Assembly (NCBI GenBank): GCA_046563655.1
Contig: CM102283.1
Location: 5,270,001 to 5,334,000, forward strand
Direction: 5' to 3'
From: Yuukianura sp. NJ FZ-2021
Taxonomy: Eukaryota
DNA: 64,000 nucleotides
In this document: positions 45,159 to 57,800 of the stretch, one piece after another
Position numbering within the stretch: position 1 is the stretch's first letter
Layout: each line of letters starts with the position of its first letter
Position numbers and translations under genes: made by a program
Notes under the pieces: model-generated
The model's input: the letters and a program-made list of their open reading frames with translations, nothing else
What the model was told of the DNA's origin: nothing
The model's database searches: none

Positions 45159-46906
45159 ATGACCGACCTAAATTGTGTCGTCCACTGCATAGTTTTGACA
45201 GTGCTGATCCAAATACTTCCGGTATGTTTTACGCATAAAATTGCCGAGGTCTGCCCAAGCGTAAAGGAAGACTTCAAAGGAGGCGTGGAAGCTCAACAGC
45301 TTAGCGAATGGGCCAAGGAAAACCCAAATCCGCCCATCTCCAGAACGTCTTCCGGAAATCCACAACAAAGTTTGACAGCGACACTCGGTATCGGTAAAAC
45401 CGGTCCACTGCTACTCCAAGACCTAAACTACATCAATCACATGACATCCTTTTGCCAGCGAAAAATTCCAGAACGAGTAGTTCATGCTAAAGGGGCGGGG
45501 GCCTTTGGCTACTTTGTCACGAAAAATCCAGCCATACGGAAGTACACTCGCGCCAAACTGTTCGCTAAAGTCGGTGCAAAAACGCCGGCGGTCGTTCGGT
45601 TTTCAACTCAAACGAGAGAGTCTGGTTCCGCTGATACGATAGCTGAAAATCGTGGATTTGCTATTAAGTTTTACACGGACGAAGGGAACTTTGACCTCAC
45701 CCTGCTCACTTTTCCAGCGTTTGACACGCGAGATCCAATCCTCTTTCCGACAATGAAGAGAGTTACACAGAGAAATCCAAAAACTAATTTAGGTTATGGT
45801 GCCGCTGACTTGGATTTGCTCTTCACCGAACCCGCCAGAATTTTGAACAAGTTAATGGGTGTGAGTGACCTTGCACGACCCAAAAATTATAGAGTAATGG
45901 GTGGGTTTAGTGTGAATACATTTAAACTTACCGGTGGAAGTAGTGGTGAAAAATACTTTGCTAGATTTCAATTGGTGTCCAAACTCCCTTATAAATGGCT
46001 AACTTACGAGAAATATAAAGTATTGGCTGGCAGTGACCCGGACTATATGACACGTGACCTGTATCGAGCTATTGCCCGTAGAAGATTTCCAAAATGGGAC
46101 TTGTACGCTCAAATTTTTAGAGCAGGCGATCTCAAAAATTTGAATTTTAATCCGTTCGATGCCACAAAATACTTACCGGTAAAACAGTTTCCACTTCTAC
46201 ACATCGGCACATTGGTTCTGAATCGAAATCCAGGTGAGACGTATAATATGTACCGTTTTGTACGTACCGTCAAACGTTATGTACGCTACCTAAGAACGTT
46301 TTAATAGCTTTCTGATTCTTTTTTCTCCTCGAAACTTCAGCTAACTTTTTCAATGACGTGGAGCAAGTGGCGTTCAACCCAGGGAAATTGGTGCCAGGTA
46401 TCGAAATTGGTCCAGACCGTATTTTCCAAGGACGAGTTCTTGCATACGAAGTGGCAGCGCGGTATCGTCTAGGATCAAATTTTGAACAACTGCCAGTAAA
46501 CAAACCAAAAGTTCCCGTTCACAATTACGAAAGAGATGGATTCATGAAATACTTTGGAAATGGTGACGGAGGACCCAACTACTTCCCGAATTCATACAAT
46601 GGCCCCTATGTTGACCACAGCTTCGACGACAGTCAAACTCAAATCGACGCTGGAATTATTCATCGCTGGAGTACCAGTGAAGATGACAACTACTCACAAG
46701 TAGGAAAATACTGGCGGGAGGAAATGGACGAAGGGAACCGCTGCAGAAGTGCACAGCATTTGGCCAGATTAGTCCTCGGATCTTCGAAACAAGTTCAGCA
46801 AAGGTTCATCCAGCTCTGGTCAAAGGGTGACCCTCAAATTGGACACATGATCCAAGGAGTGCTAGATCAAAAAGCAAGGAAACGAAAAAATCGGAAATAC
46901 CTTTAG
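45159..46906 (+). CDS. Secreted catalase-like haem protein; exons 45159-46233 and 46341-46906
   Basis: Signal-peptide-like N-terminus, IPERVVHAKGAGAFG (distal His), VRFST, RGFAIKFYTDEGNFDL, NPFDATK, LNRNP|ANFFNDVEQVAFNP, and proximal QGRVLAY...RYRLG (Tyr ligand). Confidence 0.9.
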
Positions 46907-47919
46907 AAATTCTGCGATGTACCTTCGCACTCGAACCCAAGTAGTGAGCGATCCCTCTCCAGCAAAACTGGAAGACTGGGCAACGCCATTAATCAATACG
47001 GTACGCAAATCACTGTCACTGTCTACATTTTCATACGGCAAAAACGAGTTTACAAAAACCATGGTATAGTTCCCCTACAAATCACTTATTGAAAAAAAAA
47101 ACTTAAAATATATGTTAATTTAAATGTGTAAGAAACTGTATATTTTACCCAGTTTATACCACGTTTTTTTTTGTCGGTCTTTTGTGTCGATGTCTTTTCT
47201 TTTTTTTCGATGTATTGGCATGGACCCTTTAGCATTTCGTGAGTTGAACGATTGCAACACTCGTAAATTAGAGTATGATGAGGGCATTCAAGTAGCTTTC
47301 CCAACTCGATGGATCATCATTGGACATGGACACCAAAAGTTGCTCCACGATGACCATGGTTGTCAAAAATATGTTCTAAAAACCCTCGGAATATCGACAA
47401 AAAAAATAAGATTTTTTAAAATCGCCCAAATATTTACTTATTTAACATTATGGGTATGGGCAAATAATACATTCTGAAGATTTTTCATTAAAATCTTCAT
47501 TGCCAGGGGGCAAATGTGGTTAGGTTAATAAACAAAATATTTAGCAACAAAAACCGCTCAAAAATTTTTGATTATCATTATCATTATAAGGTTGGAAATT
47601 AAATATGTTTGACATCCCTGACGATGATGAATCGGCTACAGCCACTCATTACTCTTCGAATATTTTTTAGAATGAGGAAGCGTTTTTGTCATCATGGAAG
47701 ACATGAAGGACTTTAAAGATTAGATTGTAGTTCCTATCTTCTTGAAGGTCATCCTCTGCTCAACCTCGTAAACAGCAGTTAACGTAACGGGATGATAGTA
47801 AGATTTTGTGGCTCCAAAGTTTGTCATACAGTTTCCCATCAACTTTTTTTATAAAGAAAGTCACATTTTCAAAATAAAAATATCTTACTCTTCTGTTTTG
47901 TTTCCGAATTGTTTTGAAA

Positions 47920-49618
47920 ATGCTTCAAAACTACTACTCTTCAACTAAAACACCGGGAGACATTTCCTCCGCCTTTTTAACTGCAAAGGACGTTACATGG
48001 GCACCAAAGTTTAAAACTCTGAAAGACGAAATCAATCCAAAGGATGTTGAAGGTTCGTGGAAGAGGCTTCTGGAAGCATTTGAATTCGAAACTGAACAAA
48101 TTCAAAAACGGGGACCATCCATCGTGCCCCAAATCGATTTCAAGGAAATTCAAAACAACGGAGGGAGAATTCCCGCCGAAAAATTAACAGAGATCAAGAA
48201 GCGCGGAGTTGTTGTGATTCGGAATGTCATCGACAGAGAGACTGTTTTGAATTATAAAAAAGATGTTCAAGAGTATATCGCCAGAAACAAAGACAAAATT
48301 GTTGGATTTCCAAGGAGTAAGAATATTTCGAAAAATATTTATTTGGGAATGGCTTTTGAAAATATTTTTTTCTTCTTATTTTGTAGAAGAGAATCCGCAA
48401 GTGTGGGAAGTATACTGGTCTAAGGCTCAGTTTGAAGCAAGGTCACATGGAAACTTTAACATGGCGGCTGAAGCTATGAATGACCTTTGGCATGCGCCGG
48501 ATGGCACATCGATTGACTTCAAAACCAACGTCATGTACTGCGACAGGCTCAGAATTCGGCAACCGGGTGACAAGAGTTTTGCTTTGGGAGAACATGTCGA
48601 CGGTGGATCAGTTGAACGTTGGTTTAGAATCAAAAATCAAAAATTATATTTCCAAATTTCCGTTTTCATTTTATTTTATGCTTAAAAAGGATGGGAAGAC
48701 CCGGAGTATCGCAAGTGCTACGAGCATATCCTGAATGGCAACTGGGAGTCACATGATGCGTACGATGCGACGCATAGGGTCAACGCAGTACAAGATTTGT
48801 ACAACTGTGCAGGTACTAAATTGTCCAAACTTTTTTTTAATAAAAGTTTTGAAATTGAATTTTGAAGTTTTGTAACTTAGGTGGCTGCACAATGTTCAGA
48901 ACATTTCAAGGGTGGTTGAGTATGTCTGACGTGTCCCCTGGTGGGGGTACGCTCCGCGTCTGTCCACTTGTCAACCTATCGACTGCGTACATAATTCTTC
49001 GGCCTTTCGTATCCGACCTAAGAGATACACCGTAAGCATAATTGCGAAGAGTTTTGCAAAATAGAAAGAAAATTCTTTTAATTTGAAATTCTAGAAATAT
49101 GGCTGGAGCCATTCCAGGAGCACAACAGGATATTCCTGCTGATTTGTTTCCGCACATTGTGAAGGCAATGATTTCAGTTCCAACTGTTGCGCCTGGTGAC
49201 TGCGTCTTCTGGCACTGCGATATGGTCCATGCTGTGGAGGCATGTTGCGGCGGTGTCACAGACAGCAGCGTTTTCTACATTCCTACAGCGCCACTCTGTG
49301 CAAAAAACGTACAATACTTGCGGCGACAAAGATTTGCCTTCGAGAACGGAACGTAATTTATAAAGCACACATTATTTAAAAAAACTAGCAGTTATTTCGG
49401 AGATTTAATTAAGAATTTTTTCTTAACTTGATTTGAGCAGTTCACCACCAGATTTTCCTTTAAACAACTGTGAAGTCACTTTAACTGACAGAGCTCACCC
49501 GGGTGATCTGAGTGACCTTGGTAAACTGACGATGGGATTTAAACCATTTCCGCTGGATGAGTCGTTAAGCACAAGCGCACGATTGGCTGCTGAAGAAGCA
49601 AATGAAATTCTTTTCTAA
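47920..49618 (+). CDS. DUF1479 / Gig2 / YbiU family protein (Fe(II)/2OG oxygenase-like fold), 6 exons
   Basis: Exons ~47920-48316, 48387/48390-48617, 48690-48812, 48881-49031, 49095-49352 and 49441-49618. Motifs IKKRGVVVIRNV, YWSKAQFEARSH, YCDRLRIRQPGD, LGEHVDGGSVERWED, MFRTFQGW, PGDCVFWHCDMVHAVE and SPPDF. Confidence 0.88.
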
Positions 49619-49778
49619 AAAAAACCGGATCTTGAATTTACAATTTTAGAAAACGCAAACTTCAAAGTATGATTTTAATTGTGATTAGGCTAGCGATGTA
49701 ATTAAACAAACACAATTAAACATACTGGATTAGAAACAGTACAGTATTTTACAAAATACCACCATTAGTAGTTTAGAC

Positions 49779-49902
49779 TGACCTTGGTAAACTGACGACC
49801 AGTCGTTGACCACAAACGGAAGATTGGCTGCTCAAGAAGCAAATGAAATTCTTTTCTGGAAAAACGGAGATTTGCAATAATTTTAGAAACGCAAATTTCA
49901 AA
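49779..49902 (+). repeat. Tandem partial duplicate of the DUF1479 last exon and 3' UTR
   Basis: tgaccttggtaaactgacga...gattggctgctcaagaagcaaatgaaattcttttct repeats ~49513-49667 with an internal deletion. Confidence 0.8.
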
Positions 49903-51865
49903 TAAATTCATCCAGGTGTGAAGATACGCAACATACGCTTAATTTGTTCACGATTTGTCTGTCCATTTGCAAGTTACACTGTCACAAATGGTGTTACCTT
50001 GCATATGTGTGGTTATTGGTCTTCTAGAAATATTTGTCGAGTGGCATTACCCAAAACACACTAAAAAATTATCCCTACAAAAGTTGTTCAGCTCCATGAG
50101 ACTATGGTCTTTTTTTACGACCCACGACCCTGGCATATGTCAATTTGAAGGTGGAATCAAAAATGAAACTTTTTTCAAATTCCCTGACGAACCGAACGAT
50201 TTTCATGGTACCGATGACCTCTGAGGCCAATCATATCATCATCTTCAAAAAAAAAGTTAGGATAATGATTTTCGAAATATAAAAAGAGCGTAGAACTAAG
50301 TAAGGCATTGACGGCTATCTAATAACCTCGTTTCATTTGGAAAGGCTGGCAAAAACGAGTATTCGAAACGTTGCATTGTAATACAGCGTCGAACCTCAGT
50401 AGTTCTACTATCTGTCAAAAACTAATCAGTGATTGGTTAATATTGCCGATTGGAATAATACAAACCATATAAAGTTATAGTAAGACATTTGTAAAAATAT
50501 TGCAAATCTGAATTTAAAAAAAAAACACTACCTATGCAAAAAATAATTAAACCGTATTAAAAATAGTGAGAACAATATATCATAAATCTATGGCAGCGTT
50601 TTTTATGTTATCAAGGAATTATTTATCTCCCAGTGCGATATGAATATTTTTCCTTGAGTAGATGATCCATTTAGATGAGTACCATTTAGACCATAAATAC
50701 TACATTACCAGCGCCCACAGTGGTCATAGGGCTAGCACGAAGTAGAGCTCAAGAATGGCATGATAACTCATATATGCAGTGTTGACTGATTGTAAAAGCA
50801 AATGCTTTTATCAAATTCTGGATGGTTCAGTTTTATCAAATTGGAGGATTCGTGAAACTGTGTCGATTGATTGCGAATGCTGTTGCAATCAACCAAGTGT
50901 GTGAATTGCAGTGTAGAAGTGAACAATACAAATTTTGAGAACCTGCAAAATTTATCAAAGCCTGTACCTTTAGGTTACAAGTTAGCATAGGTAACTTTTT
51001 TTTAACTTATTCTTCGTATTACACCAAAAAAAAACAACAAAAAGAGGTAATTTCTGTAACTGGTTGTCTACATAATATCGCACCGAAGCTCGGAATTGTT
51101 AAACTTTCAAAGCGAAGAGATCAGCATGTAGTCGAATTTTCAATTAAAGCTTTCACGATAAATAAATATTGAAATGTCGATACGGGCAGACGTTGTGTCT
51201 TTCAGTAATACTGAAGAAGGACCATTACGCTTGCTTTTTGAAGGACGTGGTGTTGAAAATATTCGAAAAAATTTTAAAGTATTAACTAGTTATTTTTCGC
51301 GGAAATCAATACGTAGGCGACAAATGAACTAGTGTACAAATTCCTACATACATCTGTAGAGGTTCATATGGCCAAAAAGGGGTTGGCTTCACAATAACTA
51401 TCTACACTCTAGTTTTTGCCACCATGTGATAAATAACTGGGGCAACTTGAGATTTGCGAGGGCAGTAGTGGCTTACAGCTCTCAACACAATAAATATTAA
51501 TGAGTATTTGGAAACCTAAAGTATAACTTGACAGTACAGTAACAACCTCAAATAAATAGCAACACTTTTTTTTGCCTTGCAGAAACACCGTGAAACCTAA
51601 CATTTTTGGAGCTTCAACAACTTCAAGGTATACTTCAACAACAAGGGTAAAAATAAACCAATTTAATCAACTTAAAGCAAATTAACTTGACGAATTAAGT
51701 GGTCTATTTCCTCTGATTACATGGCCTCAGAAATAGTGTACAATGTTAAATGTATTGATGTCATGCAAAACAAAGGTATTTCCCAATCGAATAGTGGCCA
51801 GCTCGAAACACATCAACCGCCATGTCTAAATTTTTCACAGCATACCTGTACTTAAGAAGGAAGAG

Positions 51866-54800
51866 ATGGAGCTCGAATTGCTGCTCAGACTGATGAGCGG
51901 AATGCATATAGAGAATTATCCGGCCGCCGTAGTTCAAAGCGCATATTGGGACATGCTCCATGACCACGACAGGGTAATTCTAATTACGCATAAACTTCGA
52001 CTTTATTTTTGTACAATAGTTATTAAAAAATTAAAAAAAACTATTAAACAGAACGCCAAATACAACGAAGCAATCAAACAGTCCGTAGCATCGATTCATA
52101 AATCTGGAAAACAAGCAGTCGCTTTGGACATTGGGACAGGGTGTGGCGTTCTGGCGATGATGGCAGCAAAAGCAGGAGCAGATCATGTATATGCATGTGA
52201 AGTAAGATTCCTCTGGGCATATAACGGGAGCATTTTGACCAGTGTTGGTGGATATCCACTTTTTCGACATTTCATCCAAGGCTGGATATCCAGTGGAAGA
52301 AATGGACAAAATGGATGAATCCAAAGGGGCGGAGCTTTGCCCTCTGAATTTGAATTAATTGAACACAAACAACTAAAAAACGTGAAAACACAGTTCAAAA
52401 ACTATGTATATATCGTTTTTAAATACGTTTTAAATAATATATTAACTATAACCGCGAAAGTAAAGCTTTCTGGTATCATTTCGTAAATTTAAATTTTAAT
52501 TGCTTTGAATTTCGCGCAAAACTTGTGATTTCTTACATCCACTTTTAGTTTCGTCCATTTGGGGTGCGTTTCTTCCAGTGGATATCCACTGGAAGTGGCA
52601 ATTAAGCCACTGGACGTTTAAGCGTCCACCAACACTGATTTTGACGTACACATCGCGTATATGTATATCATGAAAGCTGGTTAAATATTTAGGAAGTAAA
52701 AAGTTTGAGTCAAAAACATTTACGCCAAGTGAAAAGCATGATGCAATCGCTACGTATTTGGCTAGAATATTGAGATTAGTATAATAGTTATTGATTTTTT
52801 TTACATGGGCGTTAAAAGTTTATGCCATGTCATGTTATGGGGTCAAACTCTTAAAGTTGACCTTTGCCATTATTTGGGGATTGTAGTTCCGGATGTTATG
52901 CGATAGAATCAAATGCTGATTAACCTAAAAAATTTTTAAAGGTATTCTTTGGGGTTGTCAGGGGTTATTTTTAAAGTTTTCTTTAGTTGGAATAATTGCA
53001 AAAACAGAACAGTATAGGGCAGTGCTCAAAGGTCTTCTGGAAGGAGTTGACACTTAATGCGACTTGAACCGGCCCGCCGTAAATCTGTGAAACAAAACGC
53101 TAAGAAACTGTTTTCATGAAATTTATGCGCCACAACGTCGCACAAAATTTTCAGTGCGGCTGTGAGGTACTATTTTGTGCATGAGTTGAACCAACATTGC
53201 ATTTACAGTTTTACCGTTTAATTGCACTAAAATCATGTTCCAGTTTGCAGCACTAAAATATCTGAACCGACTGCTCTTAATTTTTTTAAGCAAGATGCAT
53301 ATAATGTATTTTCGATGTTGCCTTGGCAATGTAGTATCAGCGAGCACAGTATTAGCATAACTGACTGCATCAAAGTAATGTTCATTAAATTCAAGGCAAC
53401 TAAACAAAAAGACACACGCGCTTTCTAAGGTAGTCTCACGAGCGGTTTTTTAATATTTTTTGCGATATTTTTTGGTGGGGCGGATTGTTCGGTTTCCAAG
53501 CAAATAAAACGGTATAAAATTTGTGCAAAGGTTGGTTGAGGTAACAATGATGTCTCAGTTGTACCCAGCGTTCAGTATTTTACGCAAATCAACTATTTGT
53601 CATTGCGTTGCATTGAATTCGTAGTAATTATAAGCGTAAAATTTCTCTACTCCATTTTCTAATCCCAAAATCAATGTAAACCACTAGCCCGATGATTGGG
53701 TACACTGAATGGTCACAATGGAGGAATTTGATTTCGTACTCCGACCGAAGGAAAACGTTGTCAGAGGAATGTTTAAAAAACAAACAATCCGCCCCACCAA
53801 AAAATATCGCAAAAATAGCTGAAAAAACCGCTCGTGAGACTAACTTAGAAAGCGCGTGTGTATTTATGTTTAGTTACCTTGATTAAATTCAAATGGCTTC
53901 AAAATTATCACGATTCTTCCCAAGTTGCGCACCTTTGCGATGATACTGTTCAACTGTTCTCAATTATGGACAAAGTGGTAATATTTACAGAACAAAGTCT
54001 ATTACCCAGCGTCATTACAACAGCACAATTTGCGGCTTGTGTGCAACTGCTTATGAGCGTGCATCAAGCTCAAAATTGAATGTTGAGGGTGAGGCGTCAA
54101 ATATTGCTTGTTTAAAATCACACAAGTTTTTTTTCGTAAGTTCAAATTTGAACCCTGTCGAGTACTGCTTACATGTCACGAAATTAAGCCGGGTTCTCAT
54201 CACTCTGATCAACCCCAATTCAACAAGGGAATTAAACCAACTTTCAGAAAATGACAAAATCAAACCACGTTGTTTAAAAATATTTTAAGTGCAATCCACC
54301 AACGAGTTTGAGTGTAACGCCCGATACGGACTTACCGTACTGCCCTCGTGCATGGTGCAAAAATATAATGTCGCCAACTTGAATAATATTTCAGTTGCTC
54401 TTAGCAACAACATATATCGCCTCCGCTGTATTTTTGCATCGTGCACGAGGGCAGTACGGTAAGTCCGTATCGGACGTAACAACAAGGTAGGACGATGCTC
54501 AAGGGTTGAGCATTGGTCTTCTGGAAGGAGTTGTCAATTGATACGACTTTGAAACCGGCTGTGCGCAGAAGTTTGTTTTGCCAATTGCACATTGTAGCAA
54601 GAAATGTTTAACTATTAAGCAACCCCTACATAATGTATTGTCGATATTGCCAATGTAATATAATATTAACGAACACAGCGCTAATTTAACTGCATGAAAA
54701 CGTTGTTCAAATTGAGCTTAGATTTCACTTTGTTCAAAATTATTTTGATGCACAATTCAACACATATATCCCTGGTAGTCATAAGTGTGCAACATACACA

Positions 54801-57800
54801 AAATTAAACGCTATGGGGAAAGATCGAATAGCGTTTCTAGAAAATCAAAAACGGTTCAAGTAACTGCACAATTTCGGACTTGTGTGCAATCGCTTATAAG
54901 TGTGCATCATGCACAGAATTGAACGTTGAGGTGATAGTATCAAAACAGTGTCAATGTACCTTTGCCTTTGCAAGAAAAATTTTAACCCTGACCAGAACTG
55001 TTTACATCTTACGAATTTAAGCCGAAATTTCTTCACTCAAAGCAGGCTAAATTTAACAACGGAATTAAACTAACTGTCCGAAAATGACCAGATCAAAACT
55101 TCGTTTTCAACTTATTTTTGAGCGCAATAGAAACCAAAACGTTTTCAGTGAGCCACGATACTGCGGGTACGTAAAATGGCCACCCACTTCTACGTAGGTA
55201 ATATAACACTTTAAGTGCAATGTAGACCCAAGGAAAACATTTGAGCGATATAAAACTACCCTTACAACATGTGGCTTATGTTTCAGTACAAGGTGTTCTA
55301 AAACGTGCGACGGACAAACAAAGTCGTATCAATAGTCTTGTTCAGCATGCCATAGACATGCGTCTCCAGAAAACTAAACAAGGTAGGGCAATGTTCAAGG
55401 GTTGAGCATAGGTCTTCTGGAGGGAGTTGACAATTTATACGACTTTTAGATCGGCCGGCCGCAAAACCGTGTAAGAATAAGGTGAGAAACCGTTTTCATG
55501 GAATTGATGCACCGAACCATCGCTCAAAATTTTCAGTGCGGAGGTGAGGTTCTATTTTGTGCATGATTTGCACCAGAATTGTGTTGGCAATTCTACCATT
55601 TAATTGCACCAAAATCATGTTTCAGTTTTGAGCCCCAAAATATTTGCACTGAATTGATGTTCTTAATTTGTTGAGCAAGATGCCCATAATGTATTTTCTG
55701 TGTTGCCATGGCAATGTACTACTAGCGAAAACAGCGTAAACCAAACGGCATCAAGACAATATCGAAATTGAGCATTGTGCATGATGCACAAAATTGAACG
55801 CTGAGGAGGATGGGTTGAATATACCTTCTTTGAAATAATCGGTTCAAATACATGTGTCACTATGTGTCAAATTAAGTGCATAAGTTATAGAGTCGAATAT
55901 CGTTTGTTAAATTCAACATTATAAAAATTTCTTGCAAAGGCCAAATTTGAACCCTGTCATGTACTGTTTACATGTTACCAATTTAAGCCGGATTTTCTCC
56001 CCTCTAATCAGTCTTAATTTAACAACGTAACTAAACATAATGCCAGAAAATGACCAGATCAAAACTCCGTTGTTTATAAATACTTTGAGTGCAATCGAAA
56101 CCAAAACTGTTTTGCGGAGCCATGATACTGCGGGTACGTAAAGTAGCCGCCCAATTCTACGTTGTTAATGTACGACTTTAAGTGCAATGTAGACCTAATA
56201 AAAACACTTAAGCGATACAAGACACCCCGTCAATAATGGAGGTAATATTTGAGCGCAAATTGTCCTAAAAAACGTTACGGACAGACAGACAGACAGACAG
56301 ACAAAGTCGTATCAAGTCTTCTTCAGCATGTCGTGGACATGCGTCTCCAGAAGACTAAAACGAGGAGCCACGATACTGCGGGTATGTGGCTCCTATAAAT
56401 TCATGAGCCGTACGTAACCTCCCGGCTGCGATGGGGCTTATGTTTCAGTGTAAAGTTTTTCTAACTAACGTGACGGACGAACGTCGTCGTGTCAAGTCTT
56501 CTTGAGCATGTCGTAGGCATGCGTCTCCAAATAACGAAAACGTAACCCATAACAATGGTACACTGAAAGGCTACGAAATTTTTTTTCTGATATTGTAGGA
56601 GGTTCCGTGGATGGTTCAAGTTGCTACGGATGTTATCAAGGAAAACAATTTGAACAGTCGGATTACGTTGATTGGAAAGTCATCGTTTGATCTTAGCGTT
56701 GGGATGGGAAGAGCAGACGACATGAAAACCAAGGCAAATCTGCTTATTACCGAACTGTTTGCGTCTACAATTTTTGATGAAAGGGTGGTCGAAACCATAA
56801 ACGATGCGAAAAGGCGACTATTGGCGGTAAGAACATTGGCAATATTGAACAAATGATTAGAAGTTTAGACATTTTCAAACTCGACATCTTGCCCATGCCG
56901 CTCACTTTGGAACTGATCAGACCATAGGGTGATTTTGACATCACTTTCTATGCCTTTTCTAGCAATGAAAAGCTTTGTTTCAACCACGTATAAGCTAATT
57001 TGCGTAATTTAGTTATAAACTGATTTTCGTGTTCATTGAATTGCACAGGGTGTGTGCGTAAAAGTAGATGCTGGAAAATAATTTCTTTATTTAAGTACTC
57101 ATGGGGGAAACTATAGTCAATATTATGTATACTAAAATAGTTTTTTCCGAGTGTTTCGCTAAACAGAAACCGTATCTTAGACCAAAATTTGGTGTTCAAT
57201 GTATTTTCCTTTAGCTACCAATGGTGCAAGGTCAGGAAGGTCAGGCCCATACTAAGGAATTGGTCCGTTTTTCCGGATCTATATCAAGTGCACCATCTTG
57301 TTGGTAGTAAGCTTAGACGTTCCCAGCAAATTGTTCTGGTGCTGGACCAATGTCGTCCTCCAACATCTGCAAGTAAATTTCACTGTTGATGTTGCCCTCG
57401 TAGAAAAACGTTCCAACAATTTCAGCGCTAACATTTACTTCTGGTGTAATTTGAGACTAGATGTCAGTCATCCAATGCGGATTTTTCTAAGCCAGTACAT
57501 AATATCAAAACTTTGCAACAAAGTCTCGGTCTAATTTGACTTCAAACAAGTAGGTTCATACCGAAAATCATAGTGGTTCATTCTTTGGTGCATACAAAAG
57601 GTGACCTCTTCAGCAAAGCAGATTTTTGATGCCGACGCTGAATGTTGAAGGCACTTATTTGACATTTCTTCACAAAATTAGGTCTTTTGTTGGAATTTGC
57701 GTTATTTACTACATGCACAAACATCAATTTGCTCGGGATTCACATAAATTTCAGAATTGTCACTGATCTCTGTCTCACTAGAATTTGAGTTCACAAAGGC

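Larger units (their letters stand above)
53008..56540 (-). mobile_element. Head-to-tail tandem array of a second HINE family (units ~53008-54317, 54481-55376, 55377-56360, partial 56365-56540)
   Basis: Each unit has the hairpin atgctcaa-ggg-ttgagcat plus gtcttctgga at one end. The other end has (acag)n, aagtcgtatcaa and the inverted ctccagaagact-aaa. Internal sequences are colinear between units. Confidence 0.75.

Noticed and set aside
47920-49618. Beta-lactam pathway gene (IPNS or clavaminate synthase), as known from a springtail genome
   Set aside because: The motifs match DUF1479, not IPNS, and no ACV synthetase or other NRPS is present in the window.
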